Positions 46,660 through 55,878 of a stretch of DNA of 64,000 nt are shown piece by piece; position 1 is the stretch's first letter, and the number at the start of each line of letters is the position of its first letter. The position numbers and the translations under genes were made by a program. The notes under the pieces were generated by a model. It was not told the origin of the DNA, did no database searches, and was given only the letters and a program-made list of their open reading frames with translations. The stretch is from Chloroflexota bacterium. GTDB lineage: Bacteria; Chloroflexota; Anaerolineae; Anaerolineales; UBA11858. The stretch lies in the NCBI GenBank assembly GCA_030609055.1, contig JAUWCZ010000001.1:17363-81362 (forward strand), in the 5' to 3' direction.

Positions 46660-47663
46660 CTATCTTCATCCTTTCTGTGCTGTTTACTGAACTGCCAGAT
46701 ATCCTGCAAAGCATAACCTTCCCTGACTAAAGCAAAGGAACCAAATAGCGTTGTCATCATCAGACTCAAGAAATGACTTGTGAGTGCATAAGCAAAAGCC
46801 ACTGATCGGTCCACTCCGAAAGCTGATAATGCCAGGGTAATACTCGCTTCATAAATACCAATATTTCCAGGGGATGAAGGGACGGACACTCCCAAGGCAA
46901 CTGCCCCCAATACAAATACAGCCCAGAATATTTGGGCATCCGGGATAAATGCTTTCAAAAGGAGATACTGATAGGCAAGTCCTATCGTCCAGCTCAAAAA
47001 CATAAATCCAAATGCCGTCGCCAGTTCCCTGGGGTTTGAGAGGATCTTCAGACCAGAAATAATTGACCGCAACCCCTGAATTAGCCGGGTTTGTGCCCTA
47101 TCCCAGGGAAGGGATAAATTCTCCAGCCAGATCAATACCCGATTTTGATTCTTTACGAGGAGAAATAAAGTAATCAACCCAATCAGCACCAAGCCTGCTA
47201 TCGAGGTCGCATACACGATACCCTGAGGAAAACTTAATGCAAACGGCAGAGCTGCCAGAAATAGGCTGACGGCAAAGATGATATCAAACATTCGTTCCAG
47301 AAGAATGGTTGGTATTGCCTCCCAGAAACTGAACCCTGAAGGAAGCAATAAAAATGCTCTGGTAATTTCACCAATCCTGAAGGGAAAGATGGTGTTAACA
47401 AAATACCCCGCATTCACGATCAAAAAAGACTGTTTGAGTGAAATCCGGTGTTGTAAGATTGTCCTCCAAGCAGCCGACCGGGTAATGATGTTTGCGAATA
47501 ACAAAACCAGAATGGGTGCAATCCAGATCAACTGTATCTGTTTCAGGGCAACATAAACTTCCTTCCCATCAATAAACCAGAGCAGGGCAGTAAATGTTGC
47601 CAAACTGATCAAAATCCCAATAACCAGTCTAATCTGATTCTTTTCAACTCGTTTTTTAATCAT
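46656..47663 (-). CDS. Flippase-like / LPG-synthase-TM (UPF0104) family membrane protein
   Basis: 335-aa polytopic protein with the N-terminal pattern KRVEKNQIRLVIGILISL...LWFIDGKEV typical of this family. Confidence 0.55.
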   Translation of the reverse strand: MIKKRVEKNQIRLVIGILISLATFTALLWFIDGKEVYVALKQIQLIWIAPILVLLFANIITRSAAWRTILQHRISLKQSFLIVNAGYFVNTIFPFRIGEITRAFLLLPSGFSFWEAIPTILLERMFDIIFAVSLFLAALPFALSFPQGIVYATSIAGLVLIGLITLFLLVKNQNRVLIWLENLSLPWDRAQTRLIQGLRSIISGLKILSNPRELATAFGFMFLSWTIGLAYQYLLLKAFIPDAQIFWAVFVLGAVALGVSVPSSPGNIGIYEASITLALSAFGVDRSVAFAYALTSHFLSLMMTTLFGSFALVREGYALQDIWQFSKQHRKDEDR

Positions 47664-47914
47664 CCTCGAGCCTTAATCTTGCTGTATTTACTTGCAAGGA
47701 GATACCCATAGTAGTGATATTTTAGCAACCATATCCCCGGGAAGGATCATCTATCTATTCAAATTTCAATCTTACCATCTTCAGTGACTTGTTAGGTAGG
47801 GTGGATTAGTGAGGCTTTCAATTGTGATAACAGGAAAATTCCAACAAAAGAAATCTATCATCTATAAGGAGTAAGAGAAACAAAGATCTTGAAAATTGGA
47901 TCCATAACACCCTC

Positions 47915-49150
47915 TTACTTTACACGGACAATGGGATACAGAACAAGCATAATCAACCCAATTATGGCAATCCCGCTTCCTACGCCAAAACTATCCACCA
48001 GTAATCCCAGCAAAGGGGCAAACAAGGCTGAGAATAGTGTGGTAAATTGAGCTTCGGTTGATAACCCTGACGCCATCACCTGGGAGGAAATTTGATCACT
48101 GATGATTCCAACGTTGATCGGCCGACGGATATTGTTTATCAAAAACAGGCCGATAAAACATATCACTGCAACCAGGATTATTTGCAATTGGGTCATCACA
48201 CCAGATAAAATTAAAAATCCAATGCCAAATATATAGGAGATGTTGACTGCTTTTGATAAGCTGCTGAACCGTTCACTGAACTGATATGCTCGCCGGGAAG
48301 CCAAACTGGTGAGAATGTAGATCCCAAAATATACTAAACCTATAATCACCGCCTCCCTGCGGGTATCCTCTAGATTATTTAGTAATGCCACAGAGAGGGC
48401 TAGAGCTGCCAGAATTGGTTGTAAATAATCTTTCGCTGATTTAAATACACCCGCAAAACTTGAACTATTTAATAACGCTCTCAAAAATGACTTGTCATAA
48501 AATATCTGCCTAAATTCACCCAATGTGGTATTTATACGGTTCCAGACCTCGGCTTTCCTGATACGCTGGTATTTTCCATCTAGGATTTTTGGATAGGAAA
48601 TTACATTTAATAAATCCAGGAAATAGGGAACAATGGAAGCCAGGAACATCACCCGGTAACTACCGGTGTAAAATACCAGACCGGCGGCAATTAAAGCATT
48701 CACTGCTGATCCAAATTGAGATGCACTTCGGGTTAATCCGTAATAGGCGACTTTTAAATCATTGATACCCTTAATATTCAGGTATTCGAGGATCAATGCT
48801 TTGTGAGTCCCTGAGCGAAACGCCTCTCCAAACGCAAACAGGACCATCGCCAAGGATAGGAAAACCATATCCTCAAAAAAATAAAACATCAAAAATGAGG
48901 CGATGTAAAACAAAAAAGCCGCCACCATAACCCTTCTTCTACCGAATGAATCAGCCACAACACCAGTTGGGATTTCAAGTATATTGGCGGCGACCTCCCG
49001 GATGGAGTACAATATTCCGATTTGTAGATACGTCAACCCATAGGACCGGAAGATTAACAGAATAAAGGGATCAAAAAACCGGAGGTTTTTAAGAAAACCA
49101 TATAATGAGAATCGGTAAAACATGCTGTCTTTGGTAATCATCATTTTCAT
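47915..49150 (-). CDS. MFS-type transporter
   Basis: About 12 TM segments and an ADSFGRRR loop (MFS motif A-like). Confidence 0.65.
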   Translation of the reverse strand: MKMMITKDSMFYRFSLYGFLKNLRFFDPFILLIFRSYGLTYLQIGILYSIREVAANILEIPTGVVADSFGRRRVMVAAFLFYIASFLMFYFFEDMVFLSLAMVLFAFGEAFRSGTHKALILEYLNIKGINDLKVAYYGLTRSASQFGSAVNALIAAGLVFYTGSYRVMFLASIVPYFLDLLNVISYPKILDGKYQRIRKAEVWNRINTTLGEFRQIFYDKSFLRALLNSSSFAGVFKSAKDYLQPILAALALSVALLNNLEDTRREAVIIGLVYFGIYILTSLASRRAYQFSERFSSLSKAVNISYIFGIGFLILSGVMTQLQIILVAVICFIGLFLINNIRRPINVGIISDQISSQVMASGLSTEAQFTTLFSALFAPLLGLLVDSFGVGSGIAIIGLIMLVLYPIVRVK

Positions 49151-49213
49151 TAGTCGTTTACCAGGGATTCAAACTAATCCCGAAACTAATACCCCGATAT
49201 AACCAACTGTCAG

Positions 49214-50077
49214 TCATTTAAATAGGATTGAGATAACAGTTTGGATCACTTCTGCTGAAGCCGCTTCACCAGTGAATTCCAACCAGGCTAAAAATTCCGT
49301 ATTCCCCTCCGGTCCGCGGAGGGGAGATCGGATGAGTCCTTTGATTTGATATCCCAGTTCACCAGCTGAACTCAACACCTCGGTTAGTATCCGCTGGTGG
49401 ATTTCGGGATTATTGATCACTCCTGCTCCCTCGGCTGCCTCCTCTCGCGTGGCCTCAAATTGAGGCTTGATCAAAACAAGCGCTTCTCCTCCCTCGCTTG
49501 CAAACCAGCCTCTTATCACAGGCAGGAGTTTTGTAAGGGAAATAAATGACAAATCTGCAGTAATGAAATCTATTGGTTCGGGCAAGGACGCTATGGATCG
49601 GGCGTTGGTTCGTTCCATCACAATAACCCGCGGATCGTTTCGAAGCCGCCAATCCAGGATCCCGTAACCCACATCGACCGCATAAACTTTTGAAGCACCA
49701 TGCTGCAATAGGCAATCTGTGAATCCCCCAGTTGAGGCACCAAGATCAGCACAAATCTGATCCTGAACGGAAACAGAAAAATAGTCAAGCGCAGCCTGCA
49801 GTTTATCCCCTCCCCGGGAGGCAAATTTCGGTTCCTGAATTAGCGTGAGTTCATCCTGATCAGCAACCTTCTGTGAAGCTTTCATAACTACCTGCTCACG
49901 GTGACGCACTTTTCCTGCCATGATCAAACGTTTGGCTGTCTCTAGATCTTTAACCAAGCCCCTTGTTACCAGGGCTTGATCTACTCTCTTCTTATCTACC
50001 ATACCTTTTATTTTAACACGACCCCCGGTTGGAAGGTCCTCCATGCTATCCTTCCCTACCATGCTGTTGAAAATCAT
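49214..50077 (-). CDS. tlyA: TlyA-family rRNA 2'-O-methyltransferase (S4 + FtsJ domains)
   Basis: RVDQALVTRGLV...AKRLIMAGKV (S4 domain) and ADLGASTGGFTDCLLQHGA (SAM motif). The true start is possibly ATG 50002. Confidence 0.8.
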   Translation of the reverse strand: MIFNSMVGKDSMEDLPTGGRVKIKGMVDKKRVDQALVTRGLVKDLETAKRLIMAGKVRHREQVVMKASQKVADQDELTLIQEPKFASRGGDKLQAALDYFSVSVQDQICADLGASTGGFTDCLLQHGASKVYAVDVGYGILDWRLRNDPRVIVMERTNARSIASLPEPIDFITADLSFISLTKLLPVIRGWFASEGGEALVLIKPQFEATREEAAEGAGVINNPEIHQRILTEVLSSAGELGYQIKGLIRSPLRGPEGNTEFLAWLEFTGEAASAEVIQTVISILFK

Positions 50078-50091
50078 GCTATTATTCCCAT

Positions 50092-50958
50092 ATGATTATC
50101 GCCCTGATTAAATCCATGCGTCCCAAACAGTGGGCTAAGAGCGTTTTTATTTTTACCGCCCTGATCTTCGACAGGAAACTACTGAACCAGAGTGCATTTC
50201 TTCACACCTTGGCAGGTGCGGTCCTTTTTAGCTTGGTTGCTAGCGCTGTTTATATCTTGAATGATATAGCAGATTTGAAAGCAGATCAAAACCATCCCAA
50301 AAAGAAACAACGACCTATCGCTTCAGGCAAACTTCCATTACCAGCCGCCTGGACAACTGCGCTCGGTTTAATCTTGATTTCCCTCTACCTGGCATATCTA
50401 CTTTCCCCTGAATTCTGTTTAATCTGCGCTATCTACCTGAGCTTGAATTTACTCTACTCATCCTGGTTGAAACACATCCCCTTGGTTGATGTGCTTATTT
50501 TGGCATCTTTTTATGTTCTGCGGGTGGAGGCTGGTGTAAATTTGATTGAGGTGAAACGCTTTTCACCCTGGTTGTACGTTGTAACATCCTTATTTGCTTT
50601 ATTCATCGGTTTGGGAAAACGGCGAGCTGAACTTGTATTACAAATAAATAATTCCGGTGGATCACGCCCTGTCCTTGATGGATACTCCATCGGTCTGTTG
50701 GATCAGCTGATCAATATCGTCTCGGGAACAACTATCATGGCTTACAGCCTGTATACTTTTTCTGCGCCAAATCTGCCGGAAAATTATTCTATGATGTTGA
50801 CCATACCATTTGTATTATATGGAATCTTCCGCTATTTATTTTTAATCCAGATTGGAGAAGGAGGGGCACCGGAAGATATCGCGCTGACTGATCGTCCACT
50901 TCAAGCATCTATACTTCTCTGGTCAATGAGCATCTTGCTTATTTTTTACCTTTATTGA
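50092..50958 (+). CDS. UbiA-family decaprenyl-phosphate phosphoribosyltransferase-like enzyme
   Basis: MRPKQWAKSVFIF...LNDIADLKADQNHPKKKQRPIASGKLP closely follows the DPPR-synthase (Rv3806c-type) signature. Confidence 0.75.
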   Translation: MIIALIKSMRPKQWAKSVFIFTALIFDRKLLNQSAFLHTLAGAVLFSLVASAVYILNDIADLKADQNHPKKKQRPIASGKLPLPAAWTTALGLILISLYLAYLLSPEFCLICAIYLSLNLLYSSWLKHIPLVDVLILASFYVLRVEAGVNLIEVKRFSPWLYVVTSLFALFIGLGKRRAELVLQINNSGGSRPVLDGYSIGLLDQLINIVSGTTIMAYSLYTFSAPNLPENYSMMLTIPFVLYGIFRYLFLIQIGEGGAPEDIALTDRPLQASILLWSMSILLIFYLY

Positions 50959-50961
50959 TCT

Positions 50962-51918
50962 ATGCCTGCATTTTCTGCAACCGCCCCCGGAAAGATCATC
51001 CTGTTTGGTGAACACGCAGTCGTTTATGGAGAACCTGCCTTGGCAGTTCCTGTCCCGACTGTCCAGGCCAGGGCTGTGGTCAGTCCAATTATCGATGGCG
51101 ACTCTGGTGATATTCAGATCGAAGCACCTGATATATCCCTATCGGGCGCTGCTGCAGACCTAAATCCCGACCATCCTTTACGGGCAGCTGTGAATGCAGT
51201 GATTGGTGAACGAGATCCAGGCGGTGTACCAGCCTGTAAAATCAACATTTCATCCACAATTCCATCTGCTTCAGGGTTGGGTTCAGGTACGGCAGTTTCA
51301 GCAGCAATTATCAGAGCTTTCTCTGCTTTTTTAGGTCGCAGGCTTACAGATGAACAGGTCTCACAACTCACCTTTGAAGTCGAAAAAATTTACCATGGCA
51401 CCCCCTCCGGGATTGATAATACGGTTATCGCCCATCACAAGCCTGTTTATTATCTCAAAGGAGAGCCATTTAGTTTCCTCTCCATCCTAAAACCTTTTTC
51501 AATTTTGATCGCGGATAGCGGGATTCCCGGTCACACCGGGGAAGCGGTTCACCATGTGAGGCAAAAATGGATCAATGATCCCGAAAGATATGATCAGATT
51601 TTTAAATCGATTGGAGAGATTTCAAAGAATGCCATGGAACTGATCCAAACCGGTTCCCCGGCTATGCTTGGTTCGCTGATGGATGAGAATCACAGTTTGC
51701 TGCAGAGTTTGGAAGTTTCCACTCCGGAACTGGATAATCTGGTGAATGCCGCTAGAAAAGCCGGCGCGTTGGGAGCAAAATTATCTGGCGGCGGCTTAGG
51801 GGGAATTATTATCGCCCTGATAGAAGAGGGAGAGGATCAAATTGCAGAGGAAGTTACCCAAGCCGGTGCAGTTCACGCTATGCTCTCCCGGGTTCCTTCC
51901 AGTCAGTTGCCAGATTGA
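50962..51918 (+). CDS. mvk: Mevalonate kinase (GHMP family)
   Basis: APGKIILFGEHAVVYG and the GHMP motif PSASGLGSGTAVSAA. Confidence 0.85.
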   Translation: MPAFSATAPGKIILFGEHAVVYGEPALAVPVPTVQARAVVSPIIDGDSGDIQIEAPDISLSGAAADLNPDHPLRAAVNAVIGERDPGGVPACKINISSTIPSASGLGSGTAVSAAIIRAFSAFLGRRLTDEQVSQLTFEVEKIYHGTPSGIDNTVIAHHKPVYYLKGEPFSFLSILKPFSILIADSGIPGHTGEAVHHVRQKWINDPERYDQIFKSIGEISKNAMELIQTGSPAMLGSLMDENHSLLQSLEVSTPELDNLVNAARKAGALGAKLSGGGLGGIIIALIEEGEDQIAEEVTQAGAVHAMLSRVPSSQLPD

Positions 51919-52038
51919 TCTTTTCATTAGCTCTTTATCTAAGCCTGTCCTGTACAGGGCAACCGGGTTATATTTTCGTATCTCCCTCTGTCTATGGTAT
52001 GATAGGTTGGAATATTTTTTGAAGGAGAAGAACAAGAA

Positions 52039-53052
52039 ATGAATATCTCGATGTGGCGTAAAGCGTTGCAAATCATCCCCCGGATAAGCAAAGAAGAATG
52101 GGATGAATTGGATCTGGTTTCCCGCTGGTTGATTGCTACCAGGGCAGCCGTTCTTGTAACAACTTTTATGTCTGCATCATTTGCAGGAATATTCGCCTAC
52201 CGCGCAGGTGAGTTTCAACTCTGGCGCTGGTTGTTAGTTACCATTGGACTTTACTTAGCTCATGGAACAAACAATTTCCTGAATGATTATATAGATTTCA
52301 TCCGTGGTGTGGATGTGGATAATTACTACCGGGCCCAGTACGGACCGCAACCGTTACTCCACGGCTTGATGACAAAAAAGGAACTGCTCACTTATGCTGC
52401 TGTTACAGGCGCTGCGGCTGCCGCTTGTGGCATCGCTCTGGGCTTTATGAGGGGGGAGTTAACTTGGTTGTTGATGGGGTCGGGAGTCTTTTTTGTGCTC
52501 TTTTACACCTGGCCTTTGAAATATATCGCCCTGGGAGAATTTGCTGTGTTGGCCGTTTGGGGACCACTCATGGTCGGGGGAGGATATTATGTCATCACCG
52601 GATTACCGTGGGATTGGAATATTGTCTTGGCCAGTTTACCCCACGCCTTTGGCGTAACCGCCATGCTGTTTGGTAAACACATTGATAAACTCCAGCAGGA
52701 CAAAGAATATAAGATTTACACCCTGCCGGTAGTTTTAGGAGAAACGCTAGCCCGCTGGTCCATGACCGCGCTGCTCATATTATCGTATCTGATGGTTTTC
52801 TATTTGATCCTGATTCGTTTCTTCACCCCGGTGATGCTGCTAGTGCTGGTGGGATTACCCACACTCTTTCAAATCTGGCCCATCCTCTCTAACCCGAAAC
52901 CGGATGAGAAACCGGAAGAATTTCCGGATGTCTGGCCAAATTATTTTGTGGCAGCAGCATTTCATCACACCCGTCGCTTCGGCGGATGGTTTATCCTGGC
53001 CGTAATTGCAGATACAGTTGTTAAAGTAATCTGGCCTGCCTTCTGGGGCTAA
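52039..53052 (+). CDS. UbiA-superfamily prenyltransferase (MenA-like)
   Basis: HGTNNFLNDYIDFIRGVD (NDxxDxxxD motif), about 8-9 TM helices. GAAGGAG Shine-Dalgarno. Confidence 0.65.
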   Translation: MNISMWRKALQIIPRISKEEWDELDLVSRWLIATRAAVLVTTFMSASFAGIFAYRAGEFQLWRWLLVTIGLYLAHGTNNFLNDYIDFIRGVDVDNYYRAQYGPQPLLHGLMTKKELLTYAAVTGAAAAACGIALGFMRGELTWLLMGSGVFFVLFYTWPLKYIALGEFAVLAVWGPLMVGGGYYVITGLPWDWNIVLASLPHAFGVTAMLFGKHIDKLQQDKEYKIYTLPVVLGETLARWSMTALLILSYLMVFYLILIRFFTPVMLLVLVGLPTLFQIWPILSNPKPDEKPEEFPDVWPNYFVAAAFHHTRRFGGWFILAVIADTVVKVIWPAFWG

Positions 53053-53162
53053 ACCAGGTCGCCCTAGAATCATTTCTCTGGAGGACCACTATCACAGGGT
53101 GGGTTATCCCCGCCCTGTTGCCATCTCTTGACCCTGAAGAATGCCCTGACTACAATATCCTT

Positions 53163-53987
53163 ATGAACCAAATCGGACCGACTCACTCCGGAAAATCTCT
53201 TGTCTTTCTTAAACTCGGTGGATCATTAATCACCGATAAAAATACTTCTCGATCTCCTTGTTTGAAGGTTATCAACCGCATCGCCCAGGAGATCGCTGAT
53301 TCAGTGAGGGAAAATCCTCAGCTGAGAATTGTGCTGGGGCACGGTTCCGGCTCGTTTGGTCATATGTCGGGTAAAAAACACGGCACACGAGAGGGAGTCA
53401 AAACTTCCCAGGACTGGCTTGGATTCGCAGAAGTGTGGCACGATGCGTCGTCATTAAACCGGATCATCATGGATGTCCTCCAGTCAGTTGGTATTCCCAC
53501 TCTTGCTTTTCCACCCTCGGCAGCTGTAATCTCTCAGGACCGGGAGATTACTGCCTGGAACCTCAACCCCCTCCAGTCAGCTTTAAGGAGAGGGTTACTA
53601 CCGGTTGTGTTTGGAGATGTGGTCTTTGATACTGTCCGAGGGGGCACTATCTTATCGACTGAGGAACTATTCGTTTATCTAGCGGTCCAACTCAATCCGG
53701 CTCGTATTCTACTCGCCGGGCAGGATCCAGGCGTATGGAAAGACTACCCGAACTGTACATCCTTGTTAAAGGAAATCACCTCTGCTGATCTGCCCTCTCT
53801 CCAGGAAAAAATCCGCCCTTCTGAAGCACCTGATGTTACCGGGGGGATGGAAGAAAAAGTGAAAATAATGCTTCAGCTGATAAATCAACTCCCAAACCTG
53901 GAAACAATAATTTTCTCAGGTGAAGACCCCGGTACGATACAGTCTGTCTTGAACGGGGAAACTGCAGGTACCGTACTTCACAGCTAG
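53163..53987 (+). CDS. Isopentenyl phosphate kinase (amino-acid-kinase fold)
   Basis: VFLKLGGSLITDK and VLGHGSGSFGH. Preferred start is ATG 53163 rather than TTG 53118. Confidence 0.75.
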   Translation: MNQIGPTHSGKSLVFLKLGGSLITDKNTSRSPCLKVINRIAQEIADSVRENPQLRIVLGHGSGSFGHMSGKKHGTREGVKTSQDWLGFAEVWHDASSLNRIIMDVLQSVGIPTLAFPPSAAVISQDREITAWNLNPLQSALRRGLLPVVFGDVVFDTVRGGTILSTEELFVYLAVQLNPARILLAGQDPGVWKDYPNCTSLLKEITSADLPSLQEKIRPSEAPDVTGGMEEKVKIMLQLINQLPNLETIIFSGEDPGTIQSVLNGETAGTVLHS

Positions 53988-54079
53988 AGACACCATGTTA
54001 TTCTCCTAATTAACCGCCAGATAAAACGCAATACTGTTTCGGTTATAATGGGTATCACCTTTCAAGATCATGAGGAAGT

Positions 54080-55807
54080 ATGGAAATCCTATCTAAAACA
54101 CAAAAACAGCTCTTAACCCAGGAAAGGGATTTGTTAAATCAGCTCCGTCTTTCTCTGGCTGAATTCGGCGTAAAAGAAGAAGACCAAACAGCTCTGACAG
54201 AATCTATCCGTCAACTGGATGATTTCTTTTTACTGGTTGTGGTCGGCGAGTTTAACGCTGGAAAGAGTGCCTTCATCAACGCACTCCTGGGAGATTATTT
54301 TCTTGAAGAAGGTGTGACTCCGACAACCACGAAAGTTAATATTCTGCGCTATGGGACGAAGAAGAAAAAATCCCATCTATCAGAGAATATTGAGAGCTTA
54401 ACCCTAAATGCGGCATATCTAAAAGAAATCAGCATTGTTGACACACCGGGAACAAACGCTATCATTCGGGAACATGAGGTAATCACCTCTCTCTTTGTTC
54501 CCCGATCGGATTTGATTCTATTTGTCACCTCCGCTGATCGCCCATTCACAGAAAGTGAAAGGCTGTTTTTGGAAAAAATCCAATCCTGGGGGAAAAAAGT
54601 TGTTCTGGTGATCAACAAAATCGATATCCTGCAATCGCCTGACGCACTTGATGAGATCCAAGAGTTTGTGGCTGATAACGTTAAAAAAACCCTAAAAAAT
54701 TCACCGGAAATATTCCCCATCAGCTCCCAACAGGCACTGAAAGCCAAACAGGGGGAGCCATCCTTATGGAACGACAGCCGATTTGAAGCCCTGGAAACCT
54801 ATATCATGACCACTCTGGATCAGGAAAGCAGATTAAGATTGAAATTGCTCAATCCGCTGGGTGTTGGAAGGCATCTATCCAGCCAATATGCAGAATTTTT
54901 TGAACACCGCTTGAAAATGCTCCAGGAAGATTTGGTTTTAATCAAGGATGTGGATGATCAGTTGATCATTTTCCAGAAGGATATGTTGGAAAGCTTTCAG
55001 CTCAGGATGTCAGATATCATCAAAATCCTGCTGGAGATGGAACAACGCGGCGAGGATTTCTTCTCAGAATATATCCGTCTGGCCAGAATCTTTGATTTAA
55101 TGAAAAAAGATAAGATCCAGCGGGAATATGAAGAGCTGGTGGTAGCTGATGTGCCGGCCCAAATCGAACAAAAGGTGACTGCAATCATCGACTGGCTAGT
55201 TGACGCAAATTTGCGGCAGTGGCAGGCAATTACGGACCATATTGCCGAGGGACGTCAAAAGTATAAAGATAGAATAGTGGGGGATATCGGGAGTTTTATC
55301 TATGACCGTGAGCGTTTGATTAACAGCATCCGCAAAGAGGCTAACCGGGTCGTAGAAACCTACGATAAAGCCCGCGAGGCTGATCAAATTGCCCGCAGAT
55401 CACAAAATGCAGTCACCGCAACAGCCGCGATTAGCGCCGGAGCGGTTGGACTCGGGACCCTGGTAACCATATTGGCAACTACTCTTACAACTGATGTTAC
55501 TGGAATCCTGTTAGCAGGGGCTATGGCTGCCCTAGGATTATTTATAATACCTGCCCGCCGCAGGCAGGCAAAGAAAGAAATGCGCACAAAAGTAAAAACG
55601 ATGCGCGATCAGCTGACAGATTCCTTGTCGACTCACTTTTCGCAGGAGATCGAACGCGTTTTGCAAGAAATCAAAGATACCATTGCTCCCTATACCCGGT
55701 TCATCCGGTCTGAAAATGAAAATAATCAACATGCGCATCAAACTCTGAAGAACTATCTAACTGAGATAAATAACCTGACAGAACAGATTGAATCCTCCAA
55801 GAAATAA
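54080..55807 (+). CDS. Bacterial dynamin-like GTPase
   Basis: G1 VVVGEFNAGKSAFINALLG, G3 DTPGTNA and G4 INKIDIL. Long helical stalk and a hydrophobic hairpin (AAISAGAVGLGTLV...LLAGAMAALGLFIIP). Confidence 0.8.
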   Translation: MEILSKTQKQLLTQERDLLNQLRLSLAEFGVKEEDQTALTESIRQLDDFFLLVVVGEFNAGKSAFINALLGDYFLEEGVTPTTTKVNILRYGTKKKKSHLSENIESLTLNAAYLKEISIVDTPGTNAIIREHEVITSLFVPRSDLILFVTSADRPFTESERLFLEKIQSWGKKVVLVINKIDILQSPDALDEIQEFVADNVKKTLKNSPEIFPISSQQALKAKQGEPSLWNDSRFEALETYIMTTLDQESRLRLKLLNPLGVGRHLSSQYAEFFEHRLKMLQEDLVLIKDVDDQLIIFQKDMLESFQLRMSDIIKILLEMEQRGEDFFSEYIRLARIFDLMKKDKIQREYEELVVADVPAQIEQKVTAIIDWLVDANLRQWQAITDHIAEGRQKYKDRIVGDIGSFIYDRERLINSIRKEANRVVETYDKAREADQIARRSQNAVTATAAISAGAVGLGTLVTILATTLTTDVTGILLAGAMAALGLFIIPARRRQAKKEMRTKVKTMRDQLTDSLSTHFSQEIERVLQEIKDTIAPYTRFIRSENENNQHAHQTLKNYLTEINNLTEQIESSKK

Positions 55808-55814
55808 ACGCCGG

Positions 55815-55843
55815 TTGACAGTGTCTCATCCCTGCATTAAACT
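55815..55843 (+). promoter_or_regulatory. Promoter of the dGTPase-like/greA unit
   Basis: TTGACA-N17-TAAACT, followed by GAGGAAG and ATG 55879. Confidence 0.5.
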
Positions 55844-55878
55844 GGATCTGCTACTTGATACCGGGAAGTGAGGAAGCT

